From NCBI RefSeq assembly GCF_006345805.1, contig NC_043009.1:40486001-40550000 (forward strand): a stretch of DNA of 64,000 nucleotides, read 5' to 3'. Positions 52,647 to 64,000 of this stretch are shown piece after piece; the first letter of the stretch is position 1, and each line of letters starts with the position of its first letter. A program made the translations under genes and the position numbers. Under the pieces are notes generated by a model. That model searched no databases and was not told the DNA's origin. It saw only the letters and a list, made by a program, of their open reading frames with translations. The stretch comes from Octopus sinensis (taxonomy: Eukaryota).

Positions 52647-53340
52647 GAAATTACTATAATTTGGTTGGTGTTTTTCTGATATATTTTATCGACAACATAA
52701 CTTTGCGATTTCAGTTCTACCCTAGTATGATACGATTTTTGCAGTATTAAGTACCATTTCTAAGCTATTCCCTAAATCAGCAACTTTATTAAATGCAAAA
52801 ATCAGAAACGTGTGTTTGAAGGCGAAATCATATCATTTTGGTTAATGATTTTATCATTTATTTTATGTACTACATAACCTTGCAATCTAAATTCTACACT
52901 TGAATGTTACGACATTCTTATTATTAAGTCATATTTCTACTCTGTTCCCTAAGTCATCAACTTTATTTTTGTAGATAAATCAGAAATGTATGTTTGAAGT
53001 GGAAATCGTTATAATTTTGTCTGTGATTTTGTCATTTATTTTATGGACTATATTAACTTTGCGAGCTAAATTCTATACTCGTATGATACAACTTTTTATA
53101 TTATTAAACCCCACATCCAGAATGTTTCTTAAGCCGTCAAACTTATTAACTACAAAACAGAAAATGTATGTTTGAATTACTATAATTTGGTCGGCGGTTT
53201 TGTCATTTATTTTATGGACTACATAATCTTGAAGTCGAAATTCTATTAATTGTATTAAGCCCCCTATCTACGCAATTCGCCAAACCGTCAACCTTATGAA
53301 GTACAAAAGTCAGAAAACGTTATGTCTGAAGTGGAAATAT
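52647..53340. repeat. Degenerate ~177-bp tandem repeat, about 4 units
   Basis: Units start at 52647, 52824, 53002 and ~53174; shared tcatttattttatg.acta and cagaaa.gt.tgtttgaa. Confidence 0.85.
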
Positions 53341-54316
53341 CGCAGTTCAAAATCAGCGGTATATAACTGGATAGAAAGATAGAAAATGATGAGACAAGCG
53401 AACTAATGAATTACAGATATATTTTAGATTGTCAGGGATGCTTTATGCAACGAAAAAAATAATAATTATTAAATGAGTTGGTCTAAAAGCCAGACATTAC
53501 ATATACATCAGCTTCTGAATTAGATAGCTTACTTGATAAATGATAGTTAAAAGCCACCAGGGTTATAGTTGTCGCTGCAACAGACTTTAAAATAATGTAA
53601 ATGATGATAAAAGTTAAGAAAAGTTTTTGCCAGACTTGTCTTTCTTCGCAAGATGATTCTGTGATGTTTAAACAAGCTTGCACATCTGTCTTCCACACAG
53701 ACATCAATCATGATGTAACGATGTAACGAAGGAGATGCTACAACGGCCTATCTCGTTCTATATATATAAAAGGAATCTACCAAAGAGGTTATTGTTACAT
53801 CTGACTTAATCTATATTAGATATAAAGTGATGACGATGTATCTTTCTAAAAATGTAAATATAATGTAAATATGAATGCACGTATGGATGTATATGTATGT
53901 ATGTGTGAGTGTGCGTGTACGCGTGTGTGTGTGTATGTTTGTATGTAGACGCAGCCTCAGCTATTTGTTTAAGAAGATCGCTTCTGAATCAAGAAGTACT
54001 AAGTTCAATTCCACTTTGTGCTATTTTGAGCAATGGTGTTTTACCATTCCTTCGGGTCGATCCGAACCTTCCAAGTGAAACTCAGTTGGCGGAATTAGAG
54101 AAGCCTTTATTTCCAAAGTGTTCAACGAAAATTTTATGCTAAGAATGCAAGTATCTATGGTATACTCAACCATCAAAATTATAAATAGGGTGTTAAGTAG
54201 ATCGAAATCATCTCCTAAACTGTATCGAGATCATCTCCTAAACTGCCGGAGATCCATTTAATAACTTTGTAACTTACTTAACAAGCTGTGCGCGCACACA
54301 CACACTCACAGATATG

Positions 54317-54882
54317 GATCTAGGACTTTTCGTCTAAATCACTTTGGTGTAATGCACTATGGTCTAAAGGACTTTAGTCTAAAATGTTGTTGTTTGTTCC
54401 CTCTCGAACCACGCCTGGTTTCTCGGTTTCCTTGGCGTATAGGTTCCCCAACTGGACGGGACGCCAGTCCGTCGCAGGTGAGCTGCAAGATGCAGGAGGA
54501 AAGAGTGAGAGAAAGTTGTGGCAAAAGAGTCAGCAGAAGTTCGCCATTACCTTCTGCCGGAGCCGCGTGAAGCTTAGGTGTTTCGCTCATAAACACACAC
54601 ATCGCCCGGTCTGAGATTCGAACCCGCGATCCCTCGACCGCGAGTCCACTGCTCTAACCACTAGTCTAAAATGACTTTTGTATAAATACACTATAGTCTA
54701 AAGACCTTTTTGTATAAATGCCCTTTTTTGTCTAAACTCACTTTGGTTTTGTAACTATTTTACCTATAAAATCATTAAAAAAATGTAAAAGATCTAAATA
54801 ACTATATTCTAATAACCCTTTTTGTCTTTAGACGAAAATGTTTTTAGACCAAAGCGTCTTAGACGAAAGTGCCTTAGACTAA
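54317..54882. mobile_element. Foldback-type MITE with ~15-bp subterminal repeats, interrupted by a SINE
   Basis: cacttt(c/g)gtctaa-like units on the left and their complements (ttagac(g/c)aaa) on the right. Confidence 0.6.
54387..54661 (-). mobile_element. tRNA-derived SINE family C, 5'-truncated
   Basis: Matches 58181-58482; 12-bp TSD tagtctaaaatg at 54375-54386 and 54662-54673. Confidence 0.92.
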
Positions 54883-54899
54883 ATATATATATATATGTA

Positions 54900-55123
54900 T
54901 GTGTGTGTGTATATGTTTGTGTGTCTGTGTTTGTCCCCCTAATATCGCTTGACAACCGATGCTGGTGTGTTTACGTCCCCATCACTTAGCGGTTCGGCAA
55001 AAGAGGCCGATAGAATAAGTACTAGGCTTACAAAGAATAAGTCCTGGGGTCAATTTGCTCGACTAAAGGCGGTACTCCAGCATGGCCACAGTCAAATGAC
55101 TGAAACAAGTAAAAGAGTAAAAG
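54900..55123 (+). mobile_element. SINE family A, 3' half
   Basis: High identity to other family A copies. Confidence 0.9.
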
Positions 55124-55430
55124 CGTATATACACACACACACATATATATATAGATAGTTCGCGTCTAAATTAACATCGTAGAACACAAAGGGAAAAAAC
55201 GAAAAACTTTGAACAGTTAAATCAAAGGATATGAAAATGAAGATCCCGAAGGAACTGCACTGGTATTATAGTAAGGTTGCAATTTCAGCAGTTACTAATC
55301 GATGCAATAGAAACATGTGTAGGTCTATTTGAAACTGTAGATATATAAAAAGTAGTTAAAGGTAACGCTATGCTACTTCGTAATAATCCTTATCCTTATT
55401 ATTATCATCATCATCATTATTATTATTATT

Positions 55431-55961
55431 GAGTGAGAGAGCAGTGCATGCCATCAGAGTGACACTGGGGTAAAATATTCGAAGCCCAGTATACCCATCA
55501 TGACAACCCGTCTGATAAGGGTACAACCGTATGTGCGCGACATGGTGATCTCATATCAAGATAAACAGCACATGACCTTGCAGGTGAGGCCCAGTTAGAA
55601 TTTTCTTTTGGTCGAGTAACCCATCCCGCTCAAAAGGTCCCTGAATAAGGGTTGTTTAAGAATGTTGAACGAAACACCCATGTTTCCAGAGCTGAATTAT
55701 TCAAACCCCTTAGAATCCTTCTCAAGACATGGCTATGATGATCCCCCTTCTGCTTGTGACCAGAGATGCACATATCGTCAGCCACTAAGAGACATGCTCA
55801 ACTGGTTAAGGTCAAACAACTGACAAGCAAATCTGTAGTATTGAGCAGAATATTTGCTGTAGCCCATCTTTTATACCAAGACAAAACAATGTACACGAAA
55901 ACACTTCCAATCAGTTAAGATTAGAAGCCATGAGAGCCACTGCCTGGTATTGCATCAGGGC

Positions 55962-55963
<2 letters not shown>
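55431..55963. mobile_element. ~530-bp unclassified element inserted in (ATT)n
   Basis: GC-richer unique block bounded sharply by ATT repeats on both sides. Confidence 0.55.
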
Positions 55964-56047
<84 letters not shown>

Positions 56048-56070
56048 GTACCGTGTGTGTGTTCGTATGT

Positions 56071-56120
<50 letters not shown>

Positions 56121-56137
56121 TGTGTGTATGTGTGTGT

Positions 56138-56510
56138 GTGGTTAGAAACCTCGTGTTGCAGCTAGGTATTTCCGAGTTCTGTCCCACTGTGTGGCACTTG
56201 GGACATGTGTCTTCCACAATAGCCACAGGTCAACGAAAGCTTTGTGAGTAAAATTGGCAGACGGAAACTTTATGGGAGCCCGTCGTTTATATAACTGTGT
56301 GTCTGTGTGTGTGTATCTATGTCCATATATCTGTTCCCCACCATCGCTTGGCAACTGCTGTTAACTTGTTTACGTCTGGGTAACATAGCGCTTCAAAAAA
56401 AGAAAAAGAATAAGCCCTGTGGTTGATTTGCTCGAGTAAACTCCTCAATCTGGTACCTCAGCATGGCTGTAATCCAATGACTGGAAGAAGTAAAAGAAAA
56501 AGATAAAAGA
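56138..56510 (+). mobile_element. SINE family A, old diverged copy
   Basis: tcccactgtgtggcacttgggaca...cagcatggctgtaatccaatgactggaagaagtaaaaga. Confidence 0.75.
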
Positions 56511-56521
56511 TATATGCTCAG

Positions 56522-56716
56522 AAGCAGGAAGAAAGAGTGAGAGGAAGTTGTGGTGAAAGAGTACAGCAGGGTTCGCCACCATCCCCTGTCAGAGCCTCGT
56601 GGAACTTTAGGTATCTTCGCTCAATAAACACTTACAACGCCCGTTCTGGGAATCGAAACCGCGATCCTATGACCGCGAGTCCGCTGCCCTAACCAATGGG
56701 CCATTGCGCCTCCACA
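56522..56716 (-). mobile_element. tRNA-derived SINE family C, related subfamily, 5' part
   Basis: Head gtggaggcgcaatggcccattggttagggcagcggactcgcggtc..ggtttcgattccc. Confidence 0.85.
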
Positions 56717-57819
56717 TATATAATTGTGCATGAATACACACACACACAAACACATACCTTCACTCAGCGGTTATATAAACCTGAGCGCGGAACTTTAACT
56801 ACTGATCTACCATTGCAATTTATATTTTCAAACTATATATTTTCTGAATACAGAAAGTAACTCTTAAAAGGAAGAGAAATACTTGTGAATCAACACCGTT
56901 GGCGATAATAACGTAAAGGTTTACTGTCACTAAACATTTTATGTCTGAAATCATTTCCACCATGAACCCTGTTAAATGCATCAGTCAATTTTACTGCAAG
57001 GTATTTTTACAGATAATGCTTCTTGTACGAAAATATATTACCATTAGCCTGCTTGTCTGCGACAAAATAGAACTACGCCATCAACAGATTAGCAAACGAA
57101 AGATACTAGACTAACATTGGAACATTCGTATTTTTGTTGGTTGTTTTTCGTGTATGCATAGACATTATATACCTATTAGAAATTTAGAAATGTCTTTCGA
57201 TAGAAAGAAGGGTTAAAACTACGACATTCTCTTTAATAACTATAGAAGTTGCGAAGAAATATTCTAGAGATATCTTTGCAAATAATGTGGTAACAAAAAT
57301 ATTGCAAAATTCTGTTTGTTTGGTAAGGAAAGAATAAAAAAAAACAATTGAATAAATCTATAAAACAATGAAACCCATTTAAAGCTTCAATTATTTTCTG
57401 ACATGTCTGTCATTTACAAAAACCAAAGCAATAAGAACAAATGCAAATGGAAGTTCCAATAAAAATAAAATCAATTGACAGGAATCAGAAGCCAATCAAA
57501 TCGAAAGAGTGAGAGAGTGAGAAGAGAGAGAGAGGGGGAGAAAGAAATCTTTGAAAGCAAAAGGTGTTTAAAGCTGATATAAAGTTTTCCAGTAAAATAA
57601 AGACATAATATACGAAAATAAAATTCTTATTTTCTTTCTATTTTGTCTTTGTCACATTGAAATTTCGGTTTTAGATTTCAAGAAAATGTGGAATTGCTAT
57701 CAAATTTATCCATAAATATTTTAGCGAAATATTAGTCAATTGAGATGTTAGATATTTCATTGAGTTGTTGGTTCACTTATAGAGCACACAGTTAATGTCA
57801 CTATTGCTATCTTAATTTC

Positions 57820-59050
57820 TATATTGACCAGTCTAGTAACCCCATCTTCCAGACATCTTTTAAACATTACTCTTTTTCGTAAACTCTAAATTCTAATCTT
57901 TGGTCTAACTGGCAAAGCATATCAGCTCAGCGTCGGTATAACTGGCAAAGTCTACCAGCAAAACATTGGTCTATCCAGTAAGCATGATTGTCTAAACATT
58001 TGTCAGTTCTGTTCCCTTCTATTTATCTATCTGTCTGTTTGTCTGTCAGTCTTTATGTTATAATTTTCATATTATGATATTATAATAGCATAACGTCATT
58101 AACGTTAAAAAATACCTGTCATAACAAATTAAACTTACTTGTCTTCTATCGCCTATTCTCTATCGCTGTAGTCTTTCATTGTGGAGGCACATGGCCTAGT
58201 GGTTAGAGCAGCGGACTCGTAGTCGAGGGATCGCGGATTCGAATCCCAGACCGGGCGATGTGTGTGTTTATGAACGAAACACCTAAGCTCCACGCGGCTC
58301 CGGCAGAAGGTAATGGCGAACTTCTGCTGACTCTTTCGCCACAACTTTCTCTCACTCTTTCCTCCTGCATCTTGCAGCTCACCTGCGACGGACCGGCGTC
58401 CCGTCCAGGTGGGGAACCTATACGCCAAGGAAACCGGGAAACTGGCCCTTATGAGCCAGACATGGCTCGAGAAGGAACAAAATAGTCTTTCATTGACTTT
58501 CATGGTCTTTCATAACTTCTCTTACTAACGGCATTTAACCACACATACATTATCCTAGTTTATAATAAACACTTTCATCCAAATATTTGTCTGTCTAATA
58601 AATACTGCCATCCAAGTGTTGGCTACTAGTAAACGATATAGCTTAAGTATTGGTCAGCCTAGTAAAAATTACCACATAAACATCGGTCAATCTATCAAAC
58701 TTTATCATCAAAGCGCTTGTGTACCTGGTAGACATTGTCATATAAACATTGGTCTATCTAGTAAACACTATCACCTTAACATTTGTCTCGTAAACACTAT
58801 CCGCTCAACGTTAGTCAGTCTAATAAACGTCACCTTCAAAACATTTGTCCATTTATGACACTGTTATATAAACATTGTCTACCAAATAAACAGTATCACC
58901 TAAATATTGCTCTATCTTGTTAGAACTATCCTTTAAATATTGTCTGTCTAGTTAATACAAACTACTAATTATTGGTCTATGTAGTAAACTCTGTCATCTA
59001 CATATTTGTCAATATAGAAAAATTATATGTTTTAAACTTTGTCTAGTTTG
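57820..59050. repeat. Degenerate ~34-bp minisatellite, interrupted by SINE C and unique sequence
   Basis: Unit such as taaacattggtctatctagtaaacactatcacct repeated across 58580-59050 and 57820-58010. Confidence 0.7.
58181..58482 (+). mobile_element. tRNA-derived SINE family C, full length
   Basis: A box tggcctagtgg, B box gattcgaatccc; TSD tagtctttcatt at 58169-58180 and 58483-58494. Confidence 0.93.
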
Positions 59051-60510
59051 TAATAATTATAGTCTAATTAATATTTTCTTCTGTTTTATGTTAAATTAGC
59101 AACCGCTTAGGCGAAATTTTGTGAAAATAATTACTATATATATAAATACGGAAATTTGAAATGAAAACTTGTAATTGTTCCAATGCTAAATCAGAAACCG
59201 CTAGCCTCTAGTATGTTAATTTTAATTTCCGATATAATGCTTCTGAAAAGCAGTCTTGAAAAATCAAAATTGAAATACAGAAATGAAAGAATTTTTGTCA
59301 CAAATTGCCTCCACAGTTTCTTTAAAAGTACATGAAAGACGTTGGTTATAAAGTCTTCCAGTCATTACACAGTTGGCTTTGAACAAACCGCGCAAGATCC
59401 AGTATTGTATGAAATACAATATAATGAAATATAATATAAATTTTACAAATATCTGATGAGGATCAATTATGTCAAGACTGTTTCATGTAGAAATTTAGAA
59501 ATTTTCAGTTATCTCTGTTTATATATGAAAATAATAGTATATTTTCCAGTCACCTCACTCTCCATAGCTGCGGCTTTTAAATATATAACTGTAGTTATTT
59601 GCATTATAAATGTTTCTGGTAAAGTACTGACTTTACATCATTACAATCTTCATAACTAGGGCTTTCAAATTAATAATTGAATTATCTACGCACATGTTAC
59701 AACTATTATGAATTACGCTGTATTCTACATATACACGCAAACACACAGACACACACACATTTATATATATGTATATCATGTATATATATATCGTGTGTGT
59801 GTGTGTGCGTGTGTACTTGTGTCTGTGCGTGTTGCATTATATTTGTATTTTATAAAACATCCTAATTTCGAGTCCATTTCACAGAGAGTTATAAATGAAA
59901 CTTTAAAAACTCATTTAGCATACATCTTACCCAACAGCAAAGCTATATAAATTGTGTAAGAAAATAATCCGCTTGAAATTCATGTTTTTCTGTCACGCTT
60001 TACACGTTATCCACCGGAAACGAAATTTAGCACATTATATTTTCTCGTTTCTTAAAATTTTTAATTTTTTAGAACATATTTTTTATGTTTTATTTTCACT
60101 TCTATCTTTTTTATATTTCTTTTTGTAAGGTACAGGAAGATCATCTGCAGTTTTTAAGTTGGCAATTCAATGGCGTGAAACACTCGTGGGAATACTTATA
60201 TAAATTTCAAAACCACACTATCTTATTTCCTTCAAACATTGTTACTTGTGGTGCCACGAAGGAGAACCAGATTCCATTCCCTAAATGCCGAACAGGCAGA
60301 CCAGTCTAAGTTTCAGTTTGGAGCCTTTTCACTTCATTTGCATCATTAACACTCTCGGAAAAACATATAAACTCACATAACTTGACCTCTTCTACATAAA
60401 TGATTTCTGGGGTAATGATCACGTAACGGAATATGTATGTATGTATGTGTGTGTGTGTGTGTGTGTGTGCATACATGTGTATTCGTGTGTGTATGTATGC
60501 ATGTTTGTGC

Positions 60511-60545
<35 letters not shown>

Positions 60546-60560
60546 ATATATATATCTATA

Positions 60561-60602
<42 letters not shown>

Positions 60603-60603
<1 letters not shown>

Positions 60604-60648
60604 TTACACATTTTAAAACGTTTAAATACATACATACATATATATACA

Positions 60649-60711
<63 letters not shown>

Positions 60712-60760
60712 AGATGTATATATATGTACGTGTGTATTTAAACGTTTTAAAATGTGTAAA
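60603..60760. repeat. ~158-bp palindrome centred on (TA)n
   Basis: tttacacattttaaaacgtttaaataca... mirrored by ...tgtatttaaacgttttaaaatgtgtaaa. Confidence 0.9.
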
Positions 60761-60996
60761 GGAAATTCCATGAATATATGTATGAACCTAATATCTACAT
60801 AATTTGTGTCTTTAGTAGATATGTGTGTGTATGTATATATATGTGTGTGCGTGTGCATGTGTGCATGTGTGAATTTCCTTTGAACGTGTGGATGTATGTG
60901 TGTATGTATATATATATATATAATTATTAGTGGTGAATTTTCTTTCGTTTATTAGCAAAATGTATGATCATACATACATTCATATTTTAATATATG

Positions 60997-61032
<36 letters not shown>

Positions 61033-61088
61033 CGTGTACGTGCACATACGTACACACTCGCATTTACACACACTCAAACACACACACA

Positions 61089-61122
<34 letters not shown>

Positions 61123-61609
61123 TACACACACACATACACTCACACACTTGTAGACATTCGTTTTCGCGTATATTAGCAAAAAGAATATTCAGCGTTCTTT
61201 AAAGCAAAAAGAAATAAGGAAGGAAATGGAGAAATCGTTAAGGAGAACAGCATTTAGGCACGGCAAATATGTAGTAAATAGTCAGTGCTTTCTAGTTTCG
61301 GAGAATCTCTTTTTGGTTGAGATCTGGAAACAAATCATCTTGCCGTCACGTTTTCGTCCTCTTTATTACCGACATGGCACGTTATTCCTGCGCAAAGTAC
61401 CTATATAAGGAGAAATAGATTGCATCCATGATGCTCTGCAACTGGGTTAATACGAAGATTTTAAAACATCGGATGTACTTAAAACCGTTACTCAACTGTT
61501 TTATAAGTGCTTAGTTTTGTGACCGTGATGATGACGATGATGATGGAGGCGGTGGTGGTGGTGGTGGTGGTGGTGGTGGTGGTGGTGGTGGTGGTGGTGG
61601 TAATGATGA

Positions 61610-61960
61610 TTTCAAATTTTAACACAAAGTCAGCAATTTTAGGTGAGGTGGGGGGGTGGAGGGGGGTAAGCCGATTACATCTACCGCAGTGTTCAACTGG
61701 TACTTATTTTATCGACCTTGATAAAAGGATGAAAGGTAAAAGTCAAACTCGAAGGAATTAGCAAATCAGAACGTAAAGGCGGACGAAATGCTACGCGGCA
61801 TTTCGTCCGGTCTGCTAACGATTCTGTCAGCTCACCGCTTTTATAATCATTTCTACAATAGGCACAAGGTCTGGAATTTGGGGGGGTAGGGAGGTTTGTC
61901 TGAAAGTTTGAGGGTAGGGCTGTTAGTCGATTGTATTAACTACAGTGCTCAATTGGTATT
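61610..61960 (-). mobile_element. SINE family B copy plus a second tail fragment
   Basis: Family B tail/body/head at 61610-61840; tail fragment at 61848-61960. Confidence 0.75.
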
Positions 61961-61989
61961 GATTTACTTTATCTGGTGTGATATTATTA

Positions 61990-62300
61990 TTCTTAATTCT
62001 TTTCAAGGTTACTTTAGCAAATTTGTGTAAACCTAATTTCCTACTTATTTCTTTGGTAAATCCATGCGCTATCTGTAGTAGTGTTTCTAGTTGCTTATCA
62101 TTTGCAGCTTACAGCTTGAGATCATCCATATACAAGAGATAGCTGATGGCTTTACCATAATAGTTGTATCCACATGCAGTTCTGTTTAGCATATCGGTTA
62201 AGGGCGTTAGTGTCAGACAGAAAAGGAGCGGAGAAAGCAAGTCTCCTTGGAATTTGAAATATTCCTCTTCTAATGGAAATGACTTTAGTTTTTGAGAAAT
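61990..62300 (-). pseudogene. R4/Dong-clade non-LTR reverse transcriptase remnant
   Basis: FQGDLLSPLLF (QGD at 62241-62249), ISYLLYMDDLKL (YMDDLKL at 62112-62132), LGLHKFAKV; stop and frameshift present. Confidence 0.85.
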
Positions 62301-62506
62301 ATCACACGTAACCAGAGCGATGAAGAGATTGTAGAAGTCGAAGACGACAATGACTCCTCTGGTAATTTGTACACTTGGCCTAATACCTTAACTACTACCT
62401 CAGAAGCTGAAGAATATTGAAACACGCATTACTGAAGTTGGACTACAAAAAGTAAGAATGTAGCAAATAAGCATGGTCTTTATCTCAAACATTTTTATTT
62501 ATTTTT

Positions 62507-63006
62507 TTATGCGCCTTTTTCAAGCCTAGCCAGGGTCATGGGCCCAGGTTTCCCGGTTTCTATGGCGTATGTCCCCCCCCCGTCCATCGCAGCGTTACTC
62601 AAGAAACAGGAAGAAAGAGTGAGAGAAAATTGGGACGAAAGAGTACAACAGGGGTCACCACCACCCACTGCCGGAGCCTCGTGGAGCTTTAGGTGTTTTC
62701 TCTCAATAATCACACAAAACGCCCGGTCTGGGAATCGAAACCGCGAGTCCAATGCCCTAACCACTGGGCCATTGCGCCTCCACTTTGCCCTTTTAAAACC
62801 TATCTAGGCTCATGGGCCCGGTTTCCCGGTTTCAATGGCCTATGTGTTCCCCAGCTGGACAGGACGCCAGTCCATCGCAGCGTTACTCATTTTTGCCAGC
62901 TGAGTAGACTGGAGCAACGTGAAGTGTTTTGCCCGGTCGAGGAATCGAAACTACAATCTTACACTCATGATGCTGACACCCTAACCACTAAGCCACGCGC
63001 CTCCAC
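62507..63006 (-). mobile_element. Two tRNA-derived SINEs: family C variant (62507-62783) and a C/D-like chimera (62800-63006)
   Basis: gtggaggcgc heads; shared gaaaccgggaaacc tail; second copy carries the cacgttgctccagt..actcagctg core seen in family D. Confidence 0.75.
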
Positions 63007-63019
63007 TTATCTCAAACAT

Positions 63020-63660
63020 AATGTGGGGAAAATTCATGGTAGTAGGGAAAGAGAAAGTAAATGTTAACATCAAACTAAGCAGTGAGAGGCTCGAACAGGT
63101 TGAATTGTACAAGTATCTTGGAGCTCAAATTTCTGATAAAGACACATGTAAGAAAGAAATTAGGACACGGCTAGACATAGCAAGAACGCCTGTGAAAGAG
63201 CTTAAAAACATCTGGAACAGCAAAAAGTGCTGCAACTAAGTTAAAACAAGACTAATATGAAGGCTCATTTGGACGATAAGCATTTATGGTTGCGAAGGAT
63301 GGGGAGTGAACAAATTTGAAGAGAACATAATCACTGCGTTTGAAATGTGGATGTTATGAGTTTCTCACGAGGAGCATCGAACAAATGAAGGGGTGTTACA
63401 AGTAGGCGAGAGACAACAACCCCTGAACATTAAGATAAAAAAAGGTCTTCTGTTCTAGTCATATTCGAAGAAGTAGGGATCTAGAAAATATTATCACAGA
63501 AGGAAGAGAAGCGGGTAGTAGATCAAGAGGCAAGCAAAGAACGCAATGGGTGGAAAATATCATGAGCTGGTTTGATAATAGTGGCAAGGCGGCTGAAGAA
63601 TTTCGTTGTTGTCATCAATGCTCTGGAGGAATACGATACATGAAGATGACGATTGCTGGC
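63020..63660 (+). pseudogene. RTE-clade LINE remnant
   Basis: LEQVELYKYLG..I..EIRTRL..LKNIWNS..YGCEGW..AFEMW..RTNEGVL..RSRGKQRTQW, with stops. Confidence 0.85.
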
Positions 63661-63664
63661 ATGC

Positions 63665-63790
63665 CAGAAATGTGCAATCCGGCACCTTGCGAGAATCCTA
63701 AGGAAGATTTTTTTTAGCTTTTGAGGAGACTTGTTGTCACCAGACCGCAAGATAACATGCCTGCTAACATAATGCAGCATGTAATAGTTA
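63665..63790 (+). mobile_element. Probable R4/Dong 3' end abutting (TAA)n
   Basis: QKCAI..LARILRKIF (cf. QK..LLGTARILRKVL), short UTR, then a (TAA)n array. Confidence 0.55.
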
Positions 63791-63818
63791 TAATAATAAT
63801 AATAATAATAATATAATA

Positions 63819-63857
<39 letters not shown>

Positions 63858-63870
63858 TAATAATAATAAC

Positions 63871-63948
<78 letters not shown>

Positions 63949-64000
63949 AATAATAATAATAATAATAATAATGATGATGATGATGATGATGATGATGATG
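63789..64000. repeat. (TAA)n/(GAT)n microsatellite running off the window end
   Basis: Visible array. Confidence 0.95.

Noticed and set aside
54375-58180. Both SINE-C TSDs begin with TAGTCT
   Set aside because: The copies are in opposite orientations, so the motif is not equivalent relative to the element; n=2.
58183-58255. tRNA-like gene
   Set aside because: Head of a TSD-flanked SINE with other copies in the window.
58580-59050. CRISPR-like ~34-bp periodicity
   Set aside because: Degenerate head-to-tail units without unique spacers; eukaryotic context with no cas genes.

Overview
AT-rich eukaryotic non-coding DNA (intron or intergenic), most likely from an octopus genome; this is inferred from the extreme (TA/CA/GATA/CATA/TAA/GAT)n microsatellite load and the tRNA-headed SINE repertoire. 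I find no intact host protein-coding gene, and nearly all ORF-track entries are microsatellite translations. The window holds about 35 SINE copies from 4 families, remnants of Tx1/L1-like, RTE and R4/Dong LINEs, two Tc1/mariner transposase pseudogenes, several MITEs, Penelope-type hammerhead-like relics, two degenerate satellites and a 100-N gap. Most notable: (1) a ~3.5 kb inversion (23679-27180) whose two breakpoints reciprocally split a SINE and a Tc1/mariner element; (2) a Tx1-like LINE found twice inside (TATC)n arrays, sharing its 3' end with a multimer-forming SINE; (3) three short palindromes built from head-to-head hammerhead-like cores, one with pre-miRNA-like geometry; (4) three AAAGGTCA nuclear-receptor sites within 50 bp. 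All calls are by eye, so boundaries are approximate unless a TSD is given.
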